Origin: a virus
Strand: one strand, 5' to 3'
DNA: 36,996 bases
Virus genome (UHGV): UHGV-0150596
This document shows positions 1 to 7,950 of this stretch, piece by piece. The position numbers were made by a program, and so were the translations under genes. The notes under the pieces are model-generated. The model did not search any database, was not told the origin of the DNA, and saw only the letters and a program-made list of their open reading frames with translations. How positions within the stretch are numbered: position 1 is the first letter of the stretch; each line of letters opens with the position of its first letter.

Positions 1-57
1 AGGTAAGGATAGGTTAGGTAAGGATAGGTTAGGTAAGGATAGGTTAGGTAAGGATAG
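1..57 (+). repeat. Tandem 15-mer AGGTAAGGATAGGTT, about 3.8 copies, encoding GKDRL repeats
   Basis: Copies at 1-15, 16-30, 31-45 and a partial copy at 46-57. Confidence 0.97.
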
Positions 58-403
58 AGAAGAAGAAGAAAAGGAGGACCCTTCGGCGGCTTGTGACATT
101 TTAAAAGCATACGGGGATAACATTCACCCGGTCAGTTCACCGGTAGAAGCCGAAAAGCTAAAGGCACTCGTTGACACTCACGGCGAAACCTTCGTGGCTA
201 AGGCCATTGAAAGAGCCGTCATGCGGAACAAAAGAAGCCTGGCGTATATCACCGGGATTCTAAACAACTGGGAAGCGAACGGATACGACGAGGGCATCGA
301 AGGGAATCGAACAGAAAAACAGTCAGATCCGGAACGTTCCGCAGACCTTGAACGGTTTATGCGAGAACGAGAAGAACACAAGAAGAAGCAAAGGAGGTTC
401 TAA
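2..403 (+). CDS. Replisome organizer/replication initiator, C-terminal part with DnaD-like domain (continues from 36563-36996)
   Basis: Frame 2 is open from position 2 (GKDRLGKDRL...EEEEKEDPSAACDILKAYGDNIHPVSS...AIERAVMRNKRSLAYITGILNNW); YIxGILxNW is the DnaD-like motif. Confidence 0.85.
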   Translation, partial: GKDRLGKDRLGKDRLGKDREEEEKEDPSAACDILKAYGDNIHPVSSPVEAEKLKALVDTHGETFVAKAIERAVMRNKRSLAYITGILNNWEANGYDEGIEGNRTEKQSDPERSADLERFMREREEHKKKQRRF

Positions 404-406
404 AGA

Positions 407-958
407 ATGTTCACGAACGGCAGTATGGACTTCATAGAGAATTTAATCGTCGGCTCGTATCCGAACGGGCTTAGAGATAAAGAAGAACGGCAACGGTACT
501 TTGACAATTTCGTCCGGATGTTCAACCGATATGATGAACAGGACGTCGCAGACGTAGTCGAAGAAGTGATAAGCCGAGAACGCTTTTTACCGTCCTTAGC
601 GACCTTCAAAGAGGCGTTAGATAAGAAGGCACAGGCCCGAGCCGAAAGCGAGCGGACAGCGTTAAAAATCGCCGAATATAGAAAGCCTCGAGGCCGGGTC
701 AATATCCCGGCACTCATGGAACAGGTCGAAAAAATGAAAAAAGGCGAGTTCGAACGACCCATTCCGAACCGGTTACGAGAGTTTGCTAAACGATTATGGC
801 CGGATATTAGTGACAGCGTCATTCGCCGAAACTTTCCGCTGTTAATTCACTATCAGCAGAACGGGTTCACGATTGACGAGAAGGGAAATGCGGTGCAGTT
901 GTACTTATCAAAGACCGGGGAGGTCGTCGAGAGGATTGTATTAGTTCAGGAGGCGTAA
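407..958 (+). CDS. Putative helicase loader/inhibitor-like replication protein
   Basis: Directly follows the initiator; RFLPSLATFK resembles the G39P-like FxPsxaE motif. Confidence 0.45.
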   Translation: MFTNGSMDFIENLIVGSYPNGLRDKEERQRYFDNFVRMFNRYDEQDVADVVEEVISRERFLPSLATFKEALDKKAQARAESERTALKIAEYRKPRGRVNIPALMEQVEKMKKGEFERPIPNRLREFAKRLWPDISDSVIRRNFPLLIHYQQNGFTIDEKGNAVQLYLSKTGEVVERIVLVQEA

Positions 959-961
959 GCA

Positions 962-1228
962 ATGCGAATCATAAGGTTTGGAAAAGAACGACCGGCAGAC
1001 GTACTGTATAGACGGTCGCAAGTAGGAATTATCGGACGGTACGGATTAGAAGAGTTCATCGTGTATGACGGCGATTGTCAGCGGAAAGACCGGGCCGTTA
1101 TGAGGGGCATTATAGACGATGTCAAGTTCAGAGCAAACGGAGAGCTTAACAAACACGGAGAATTGCGAACGGATGCGGTTATCAATGTGGATAAAATCGT
1201 CGATACGGTTATTAACAAGAAGGTTTAG
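962..1228 (+). CDS. Hypothetical phage protein
   Basis: 88 aa ORF with AGGAGG upstream, packed in the early operon. Confidence 0.75.
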   Translation: MRIIRFGKERPADVLYRRSQVGIIGRYGLEEFIVYDGDCQRKDRAVMRGIIDDVKFRANGELNKHGELRTDAVINVDKIVDTVINKKV

Positions 1229-1246
1229 GGAAAGGAGAAAAAGCAA

Positions 1247-1804
1247 ATGTCAATCATAAAATTCGGCAAGTACGAACCGCAACGAGAAGTTATAATCAGC
1301 GACCAAGAAGACGGCAATTCAATGGAACACAGGTATGAGTTTTCAAATGGATATGGAGCAATAGTGATTCAGGACAAAGCGATTAAAGGACACGAAGACG
1401 GGCTGTATAGGTTGGGAATATTAAAAGACGGGGAGTTGGGTTACAGCATTCCGATAGCGTGCAAAGTTGTCGAAGACCTAAGTGCCGACGAAATAGCCGA
1501 GCGTTTACAACAGATTGAGGAACTGCCGAAAAAAAGGAGAGGTAATAACTTGACAGGCACAGAATATAAAGAGCGTGAAGAACGGCTATATAAAGCTATA
1601 CATGCAATAGCCAAAAGGGCTTTATATGTATCGACAGGCGGCAGGGCCATTACAAATAAAGCATACAAGGACTATTCCGCGAATTTTCGTTACCGCAAAC
1701 ATCTTGATGACGCACGGCGTGAATTTTCGGTATTAACTAAACTGGTCGAAGATTTCAGTAAAATCCTTTTTGAACTTGAAGTTGAATGCAAACAAAACCA
1801 TTAA
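1247..1804 (+). CDS. Hypothetical protein, possibly a fusion of two small phage genes
   Basis: AAGGAG RBS; N-terminal FxNGYGAxVI...GLYxLxIL domain; internal AGGAGAGG plus in-frame TTG at 1550. Confidence 0.7.
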   Translation: MSIIKFGKYEPQREVIISDQEDGNSMEHRYEFSNGYGAIVIQDKAIKGHEDGLYRLGILKDGELGYSIPIACKVVEDLSADEIAERLQQIEELPKKRRGNNLTGTEYKEREERLYKAIHAIAKRALYVSTGGRAITNKAYKDYSANFRYRKHLDDARREFSVLTKLVEDFSKILFELEVECKQNH

Positions 1805-1836
1805 GCCTTGAATGTCGCGAAGGAAGGAGAGCAAGC

Positions 1837-2070
1837 ATGAAAAAGACAGAAAAACGGTACATGACGATAAAAGAAGCAATGGAGTACACGGGCATGGGGG
1901 AATTGACGCTTCTAGGAATCTTAGCGGATATCGACGTATACCCGGTACAGCCTGGTGGAGTCGGCACAAGGCGATTTATTGACAAGACAGATATTGATGA
2001 AGCGTTCCGAATCTTGAAAGACAAGGAACGAGTTATACGACACACACGAAATGGACGGCACCCGTTCTAA
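1837..2070 (+). CDS. Excisionase-like (MerR/HTH_17-type) DNA-binding protein
   Basis: YMTIKEAMEYTGMGE...RRFIDKTDID pattern; AAGGAGAG RBS before ATG at 1837. Confidence 0.65.
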   Translation: MKKTEKRYMTIKEAMEYTGMGELTLLGILADIDVYPVQPGGVGTRRFIDKTDIDEAFRILKDKERVIRHTRNGRHPF

Positions 2071-2363
2071 TGGAGTGCGTCGGATGCGGTAAGGAATACG
2101 AAGGGCATAGCAAGTTATGCCCTTCATGCCGGAAAAGGTACACGGAACAGATAAAGCGGCAGCACGATTACTGGACATGCCCTATATGCGGAGGTTCGGT
2201 GCAGTTCAGCTACTGGAAGCGGCGAGAAGACATTAAAGCGAAAACGATATGTTGCAGTACACGATGCCGGAGAATATACAAAGCGTTAATGGAGGTCAGT
2301 CATGGAACACGGAACGATTCACAGAAGCCCGGTCAACGGACAACCGGAATTCGGGCAAGATGA
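2070..2363 (+). CDS. Cys-rich zinc-finger protein
   Basis: CVGC...CPSC...CPIC...CCSTRC; TAATG overlap with the upstream gene. Confidence 0.7.
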   Translation: MECVGCGKEYEGHSKLCPSCRKRYTEQIKRQHDYWTCPICGGSVQFSYWKRREDIKAKTICCSTRCRRIYKALMEVSHGTRNDSQKPGQRTTGIRAR

Positions 2364-2592
2364 GATTAAGCAGCCGAATCACTACACGTGGCGAGGCAAA
2401 GAATGCGAACAGATAATTGGGGATATTACGCAAGGCTCCGAGGGAAAAGAAGCGTATTACCTGGGGGCAGCCGTGAAGTATCTGTACCGATACCCGGCGA
2501 AGGGTACGGCGATTAAGGATTTACAGAAGGCGAAACAGTATATCGAAATGCTTGTTGAATTGAAGGAGGAACAAAATCATGGCACTAGATAA
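2302..2592 (+). CDS. DUF3310 (SaV-like) protein
   Basis: PNHY...EC...I...G...KYLYRY..KG...KDLQKA..YI motif; GGAGG RBS. Confidence 0.85.
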   Translation: MEHGTIHRSPVNGQPEFGQDEIKQPNHYTWRGKECEQIIGDITQGSEGKEAYYLGAAVKYLYRYPAKGTAIKDLQKAKQYIEMLVELKEEQNHGTR

Positions 2593-2776
2593 GACAGCGA
2601 TAGACGACGTGACGTTAAGCCTCGAAGGGGCTATCGACTCGGCAAAAGTGGCTTTAAGCCGAATCGAAGATTGCGGACTTGATGATTATGAGTTGGAAGC
2701 CGCAAAAGAATACTTACAGGAAGGCATAAGGCGACTTAATATGGCTTACGATATTGTCGACTTTGCTGAAGATTAA
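2579..2776 (+). CDS. Small acidic hypothetical protein
   Basis: AAGGAGG RBS; 65 aa. Confidence 0.75.
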   Translation: MALDKTAIDDVTLSLEGAIDSAKVALSRIEDCGLDDYELEAAKEYLQEGIRRLNMAYDIVDFAED

Positions 2777-2787
2777 GGAGGAACAAC

Positions 2788-3192
2788 ATGAACAACGTAC
2801 AGCTCGAGGGCAACCTCGCACGAGATATTGAAATATCGTTCAGCAAAAACGGAATGGCGGTAGCACGGGGAACAGTAGCGTGCAACCGGAGAATTAAAGA
2901 CGGCGACGAGTGGAAGGATACAGCAGATTTTGTTCCGTTCACAGCATTCGGAGCATTAGCCGAGGGCATGGACCAGTGGACGAAGGGGCAACGAGTATGG
3001 GTATTCGGTCGTTTCTCAACGTCTAAGTACGAAAAAGACGGCGAAACGAGATATTCAAGCAACGTCATTGCAACAGCCGCCGGCACGGCCTTATTCCCTT
3101 ACAAAAAGAAATCCGAAGACGGAATACCGGCATCCCAGGGTAACGGATTCGAGGATTTGGGAACGCCTGTCGATGAGGAATTGCCGTTCTGA
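2788..3192 (+). CDS. ssb: Single-stranded DNA-binding protein
   Basis: MNNVQLEGNLARD N-terminus, OB-fold motifs, acidic tail DEELPF. Confidence 0.95.
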   Translation: MNNVQLEGNLARDIEISFSKNGMAVARGTVACNRRIKDGDEWKDTADFVPFTAFGALAEGMDQWTKGQRVWVFGRFSTSKYEKDGETRYSSNVIATAAGTALFPYKKKSEDGIPASQGNGFEDLGTPVDEELPF

Positions 3193-3215
3193 TAGCCCGT
3201 AAATTAAAAATTTGG

Positions 3216-3285
3216 TATCTGTAGCGAGTTTTTATATGTCTTGTGATAATTTTATTGCGGAGAGATTAAAAACTCGTTACAGGTA
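3216..3285 (+). other. Long intergenic hairpin (19-bp outer stem plus inner stem)
   Basis: TATCTGTAGCGAGTTTTTA (3216-3234) pairs with TAAAAACTCGTTACAGGTA (3267-3285); the only non-Watson-Crick pairs are two G-T. Confidence 0.8.
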
Positions 3286-3316
3286 AAAATAAGAAGGTTT
3301 TCGAGGAGATGAGTAA

Positions 3317-3772
3317 ATGCCGGTAAAATATTACAAGGATGAAAATCAAATAGAGTTAATCGTATACGGGAATCCGGTTGCACAAGGACGGCCGAGATTT
3401 TCCCGTCAAGGCGGTTTCGTCAAGGCGTATGACCCGATTCAGTCGAAGTCATATAAGCAACTTATACGACTGGAGTTACAGCCGTTGTTGTCAGATCCGG
3501 ACTTCACACCGATTGACCGGGCGTGTTGCTTGAAGCTGACAGTTTTCCGAGCTATGCCGAAAAGTTTCAGCAAGAAAAAGCGAGAGGAAGCGTCACTCGG
3601 CTACATACGACCGACGACAAAGCCCGATACAGATAATTATGTCAAAGGCGTACTCGACGCATTAAACGGCACGGTACTTAAAGACGACAGCGTTGTATGC
3701 GAGATATTCGCACGGAAATTCTATAACGAACGACCGAGAATCGAGGTCGTCCTGGAGGCGAAAATATGCTAA
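3317..3772 (+). CDS. rusA: RusA-family Holliday junction resolvase
   Basis: PVAQGRPRF...KPDTDNYVKGVLDALNG...DDSVV motif. Confidence 0.93.
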   Translation: MPVKYYKDENQIELIVYGNPVAQGRPRFSRQGGFVKAYDPIQSKSYKQLIRLELQPLLSDPDFTPIDRACCLKLTVFRAMPKSFSKKKREEASLGYIRPTTKPDTDNYVKGVLDALNGTVLKDDSVVCEIFARKFYNERPRIEVVLEAKIC

Positions 3773-4104
3773 CTATATACTTATCGCACCCGTTTACGGG
3801 TAACGAGTCAGAAAATAGAGAGAAGGCGAGAGCCTATGCGGCTGAGATTACTCGCAAGCGTTCCGATATATTAATCGTGAATCCGCTCGACGCTATGATA
3901 TATGCCGGGTTCTTGCCATATGTTGATGTGCTGGAGAAGACTATTGCACTCATGATGATGTGCGATGCAGCCGTGGCACTTGGAAACTGGCAGATAAGCA
4001 CCGGCTGCATGGCTGAGTACAACGTTGCAAGGCAGAACGGCATGAAGTGGATGGAAAGCGTCGAGGAAGTGGTTAATTATCACCCGAAACGGCGTAAGCG
4101 ATAA
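3766..4104 (+). CDS. DUF4406/nucleoside deoxyribosyltransferase-like protein
   Basis: IYLSHPFTG...NP...CDA....NWQISTGC.AEY..A motif. Confidence 0.75.
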   Translation: MLTIYLSHPFTGNESENREKARAYAAEITRKRSDILIVNPLDAMIYAGFLPYVDVLEKTIALMMMCDAAVALGNWQISTGCMAEYNVARQNGMKWMESVEEVVNYHPKRRKR

Positions 4105-4130
4105 AACAAGTAAAAAGGAGGACGCACACA

Positions 4131-4640
4131 GTGTTTCATAACGATTACATAAATGCAGTACGGGAGTACTTGCACAGGTATCACGAATTTAATACGTACA
4201 TTAAGAATATCAAGGCCGACCTTGAAGATTTAAACGCCACGCAAGCACTGTGTGCCGCTCCGAAGGTGCCGACCCTATCGCACACGCCTGGAGGCAACGG
4301 GATTATGATAAGCCCGGAAGAGCGAGCCGTATATGAGAGTGACCGCATCGAAGAACGACGGCAAAAACTGTATTCAGATCTGGAGAAGGTCGAGCCGCTT
4401 ATAAAGCGGCTAAACCGTTCTATCGAGGCATTAGAGTATTCAGACCGAGTAATCACCGAAGAACGATTCATCAACGGGGCATCCTGGATGAGAATCGCCG
4501 ACAGGCTACACATGAGCGAAACAGCCGTGCGTAAGCGTTCGGGCAAGGTCCTGGAGCAAATAGCAACGATGATGTTCGGCCCGTCCGTCATTCCGGTGCA
4601 GACGCATTTCGTGTTTTTTGACGAGTGGAAAAAATCGTAA
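4131..4640 (+). CDS. ArpU/RinA-like late transcriptional activator
   Basis: Last early gene; C-terminal sigma-region-4-like HTH (SWMRIADRLHMSETAVRKR); GTG start with AAGGAGG RBS. Confidence 0.8.
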   Translation: MFHNDYINAVREYLHRYHEFNTYIKNIKADLEDLNATQALCAAPKVPTLSHTPGGNGIMISPEERAVYESDRIEERRQKLYSDLEKVEPLIKRLNRSIEALEYSDRVITEERFINGASWMRIADRLHMSETAVRKRSGKVLEQIATMMFGPSVIPVQTHFVFFDEWKKS

Positions 4641-4647
4641 CAGTCAC

Positions 4648-4698
4648 AAATGGTGCGGATTTGTGCCGAAACGGTGCGGATTTTTCGGTTATTATAAT
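4648..4698 (+). promoter_or_regulatory. Predicted activator-dependent late promoter
   Basis: Direct repeat AAAYGGTGCGGATTT at 4648-4662 and 4669-4683 (21-bp period) in place of a -35 box; TATAAT at 4693-4698; immediately after the activator gene. Confidence 0.7.
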
Positions 4699-4703
4699 AG
4701 TGT

Positions 4704-4779
4704 GATTGAACACCTCCTAAAGAAATAACGAAACAAACACGAAAGAAGAGATACCCAAGCAGCCGGGCATCTCTTTTTT
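4704..4779 (+). ncRNA. Candidate ~75-nt late-leader sRNA with an anti-Shine-Dalgarno 5' seed and an intrinsic terminator
   Basis: Starts just after the -10 box; TTGAACACCTCCTAAA at 4706-4721; hairpin AAGAGATACCC/GGGCATCTCTT followed by T-run. Confidence 0.45.
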
Positions 4780-4795
4780 CGTTTGCGGTGAAAAC

Positions 4796-5014
4796 ATGAC
4801 AATCATAAAATGCGGAAAGACGAAGTGCATGAATAACAAAAACGGAACATGCACAGCGATAAGTATAAAAATATCAAGACAGGCTCGATGCAACGACGTT
4901 ACGAATGTATACGAGATAATGAACTCATCGAGATACGGAAAGGCGGTCAAAAATGAATATCATCGAAAAACCGATAAACGAGGTAATCCCTTACGAAAAA
5001 AATCCGAGAATTAA
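4796..5014 (+). CDS. Small Cys-rich protein (DUF1540-like)
   Basis: CxxxxCxxNxxGxCxA...C pattern. Confidence 0.55.
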   Translation: MTIIKCGKTKCMNNKNGTCTAISIKISRQARCNDVTNVYEIMNSSRYGKAVKNEYHRKTDKRGNPLRKKSEN

Positions 5015-5519
5015 CGATAACGCTGTTCCGGCCGTGATGAAGAGTATCGAGGAATTTGGCTTCAAAGTACCTATCGTCATCGATAAGAACGGAACAATCG
5101 TTACAGGCCATACACGACTGAAAGCAGCGAAAAAGCTCGGTATGAAGACGGTACCGTGCATTGTGGCGGACGATTTAACGCCGGAACAGATTAAGGCGTT
5201 TCGCCTTGCGGATAACAAGGTAGCCGAGGCGGCCGAATGGGATATGGAGCTGCTTAACGAGGAGCTTGACGGAATCATTGACATAGATATGTCCGATTTT
5301 AACTTTGGTGATATAACTGATAGCCCGTCATCTGAAGACGTGGTTGAAGATGACGGCGAAAACATCGAACTTCCTAGCGAACCGAAGACAAGACTCGGAG
5401 ATATATGGATGATTGGCCGCCATAAACTCATGTGCGGCGACGCCACTTCTGAAGACGTGTTAAAACGTCTCATGGGGGGGGGACAAAGTAGATATGTATC
5501 TTACGGATCCTCCGTATAA
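4953..5519 (+). CDS. ParB/Srx N-terminal half of a ParB-DNA methyltransferase, frameshifted at the G9 tract
   Basis: PYEKNPR...FGFKVPIVID...GHTRLKAA...ADNK; TRLGDIWMIGRHKLMCGDAT is the usual start of the MTase domain. Confidence 0.9.
   Translation: MNIIEKPINEVIPYEKNPRINDNAVPAVMKSIEEFGFKVPIVIDKNGTIVTGHTRLKAAKKLGMKTVPCIVADDLTPEQIKAFRLADNKVAEAAEWDMELLNEELDGIIDIDMSDFNFGDITDSPSSEDVVEDDGENIELPSEPKTRLGDIWMIGRHKLMCGDATSEDVLKRLMGGGQSRYVSYGSSV
5474..5482 (+). repeat. G9 homopolymer at the MTase frameshift
   Basis: CAT-GGGGGGGGG-ACAAAG; G8 or G11 would join the two ORFs. Confidence 0.9.
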
Positions 5520-6153
5520 CGTTGCTTACGAAGGAAAAACCGAGGATAAGTTGACAATTCAAAATGACAGCATGGAAGATTCCGCTTTCTATCAATTTCT
5601 TGTCGATTCGTTCGTCGCAGCCGATTCTGTAATGAATGAAGGGGCGGCTTTTTATGTATGGCATGCTGACTTGGAAGGATATAACTTTCGTGGCGCATGC
5701 CGTGCCGTTGAGTGGGAGCTGCGAGAATGCTTAATTTGGAACAAAAACACAATGGTGCTCGGAAGACAGGATTATCAATGGAAGCATGAGCCGTGCTTAT
5801 ACGGATGGAAAGGCGGAGCGGCACATAATTGGTATAGCGATCGAAAGCAGACGACGGTCATTGATATGAATAAGCCGAATCGCAACGCCGAGCATCCGAC
5901 AATGAAGCCTGTACAACTGTTTGCATACTTAATGGAAAATAGCAGCAAACCCGGAGATATTATTCTTGATTCGTTCTGTGGAAGCGGAACAACGCTTATT
6001 GCGTGCGAGCAGATGGGTCGAGTAGCACGAGTTCTTGAAATCGACCCGAAGTATTGCGATGTCATTATAAAGCGATATATAAATCTCGTCGGCAGCTCTG
6101 ATGGAGTGGCTGTCGAAAGAAACGGGGAAATGATTAAATACGCCGACTTATAA
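5494..6153 (+). CDS. N6-adenine/N4-cytosine DNA methyltransferase catalytic half (beta class)
   Basis: DPPY catalytic motif, HPTMKP, DSFCGSGTT SAM-binding motif. Confidence 0.92.
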   Translation: MYLTDPPYNVAYEGKTEDKLTIQNDSMEDSAFYQFLVDSFVAADSVMNEGAAFYVWHADLEGYNFRGACRAVEWELRECLIWNKNTMVLGRQDYQWKHEPCLYGWKGGAAHNWYSDRKQTTVIDMNKPNRNAEHPTMKPVQLFAYLMENSSKPGDIILDSFCGSGTTLIACEQMGRVARVLEIDPKYCDVIIKRYINLVGSSDGVAVERNGEMIKYADL

Positions 6154-6162
6154 GGTGGTGAC

Positions 6163-6537
6163 ATGATGGCACGACGAGGGAGAAAGCCTGCAGATATATC
6201 TAAGCAAGAGTTCGAAAAGTTGTGTGCGCTACAGTGTACACAGGAAGAAATCTGCAGCTTTTTTGACGTGACCGACAAAACGTTAACGGCATTCTGTCGA
6301 AGAACATATGGCATGAAATTCTCCGAGGTTTTCAGAGAAAAGCGTGGAAAAGGTAAAATTGCGCTGCGACGCTCGCAGTTTAGGCTTGCTGAGAGGAATG
6401 CGACCATGGCGATATTCCTTGGTAAACAATACCTCGGACAGCGAGATGTGCAGGACGTGAAGGTCGAGGGGGCGATAGACAATCCTTTCGACGGCGTTAA
6501 AACGGAAGACATAAAGAAGCTGATAGGCGATGATTGA
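6163..6537 (+). CDS. terS: Terminase small subunit
   Basis: HTH-like N-terminus, AIFLGKQYLGQRD motif, overlaps terL. Confidence 0.8.
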   Translation: MMARRGRKPADISKQEFEKLCALQCTQEEICSFFDVTDKTLTAFCRRTYGMKFSEVFREKRGKGKIALRRSQFRLAERNATMAIFLGKQYLGQRDVQDVKVEGAIDNPFDGVKTEDIKKLIGDD

Positions 6538-7939
6538 TGAACTCATTAAACGGCAGGCAAAAAGAGAACTCGCACGACGTGAGTTCTTTTATTTTTGCAA
6601 TTTAATGGCTTTCGATTTCTATAAGCCTGAGCGGCGGTATCTTGTTGAGCTGTGTGAAGAATTGCAGTCGTTCTATGAAGATGAAAAAGCCAAGGTGCTT
6701 ATTATTAACGAGCCGCCACGGCATGGAAAGAGCCGCACGGCGAGTTTATTTGTTGAGTGGGTCCTTGGCCGTAACCCGGCCGAAAAGATAATGACCGGTT
6801 CGTATAACAATATCCTTTCAGCAACCTTTGCTAAGAATGTTCGAAATGCGATTCAAGAGGTTAAGGCTGATGATAATATCACCGTTTACTCCGATATATT
6901 TCCGAACGTCCGTATAAAACGTGGTGATGCAGCCATGGATATGTGGAGCTTGGATGGCGGTTACAATTCATACTTGGCCACGTCTCCGTCAGGTACTGCG
7001 ACAGGCTTTGGTTGCTCGCTTCTTATTATCGACGATATCATCAAAAACGCAGAAGAAGCCTATAACGAAACAGCGAAGGAAAAGGCCTGGCTGTGGTTCA
7101 CGAATACTATGCTAAGCCGTCTTGAAGAAGGCGGTAAGATACTTATCATCATGACCCGTTGGGCGAGCGATGATTTGGCCGGTCGAGCGATTGAACATTT
7201 CGGCGATGCGGCCAAGGTGATTACGATGCAAGCGTTACAGCCGGACGGCAGTATGTTGTGTGACGAAATATTGTCACGGCGTAGTTACGAAGAGAAAGTA
7301 CGGGCCATGGGTGCCGACATCGCCAGTGCCAATTATCAGCAGGAGCCGATAGACCTCAAGGGGCAGTTATACTCAAGCTTCAAGACGTATGACCGCATCC
7401 CGACAGATGCAAACGGCAATCCGCTATTTACGGTTGTTCGTAACTACACGGATACGGCTGATACAGGATCCGATTACCTTTGCTCAATTGTGTACGGCGT
7501 GTATAACGGCGAAGCCTATGTGCTGGACCTTTTGTACACCAAAGACGCTATGGAAGAGACAGAGCCGGCAACAGCGTCCATGTTATACCATAACGGCGTG
7601 AACGTGGCCGATTTTGAATCAAACAACGGCGGCCGAGGGTTTGCAAGACAGGTACGACGGATATTACAAGACACGTATAAGTCGAACAAGACGGTCATTA
7701 ATACGTTCGCACAGACAAAGAATAAGGCGGCACGAATACTTTCCAATTCAACGTGGGTCATGGAACACATCTATTTTCCGACCAACTGGAAAGACCGATG
7801 GCCTGAATATTATAGGGCGATGACTCGTTATCAGCGTGAGGGAAAGAACGCACACGATGACGCACCGGACGCAACAACGGGTATCGCCGAGAAGATGAAC
7901 GCACCGCAGATTAAGGCGGCACATGTCAATATTTATTAA
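6530..7939 (+). CDS. terL: Terminase large subunit
   Basis: Walker A PPRHGKS, Walker B LLIIDD, MTRW, nuclease HDDAPDA. Confidence 0.97.
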   Translation: MIDELIKRQAKRELARREFFYFCNLMAFDFYKPERRYLVELCEELQSFYEDEKAKVLIINEPPRHGKSRTASLFVEWVLGRNPAEKIMTGSYNNILSATFAKNVRNAIQEVKADDNITVYSDIFPNVRIKRGDAAMDMWSLDGGYNSYLATSPSGTATGFGCSLLIIDDIIKNAEEAYNETAKEKAWLWFTNTMLSRLEEGGKILIIMTRWASDDLAGRAIEHFGDAAKVITMQALQPDGSMLCDEILSRRSYEEKVRAMGADIASANYQQEPIDLKGQLYSSFKTYDRIPTDANGNPLFTVVRNYTDTADTGSDYLCSIVYGVYNGEAYVLDLLYTKDAMEETEPATASMLYHNGVNVADFESNNGGRGFARQVRRILQDTYKSNKTVINTFAQTKNKAARILSNSTWVMEHIYFPTNWKDRWPEYYRAMTRYQREGKNAHDDAPDATTGIAEKMNAPQIKAAHVNIY

Positions 7940-7950
7940 GGAGTAGACAA

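Noticed and set aside
1..57. 15-bp repeats as a CRISPR array
   Set aside because: Head-to-tail with no spacers, in frame within a coding region, and no cas genes
4700..4720. Minus-strand AGGAGGTG as the RBS of a leftward gene
   Set aside because: No suitably spaced start codon follows; better read as a plus-strand anti-SD
4953..6153. Restriction-modification system or plasmid partition locus
   Set aside because: No endonuclease or ParA; the ParB-like domain is the usual N-terminal fusion of orphan phage MTases
5775..6512. Long minus-strand ORFs (e.g. 245 aa here, 271 aa at 25076-25891)
   Set aside because: Antisense shadows of well-supported plus-strand genes, with no RBS or recognisable motifs
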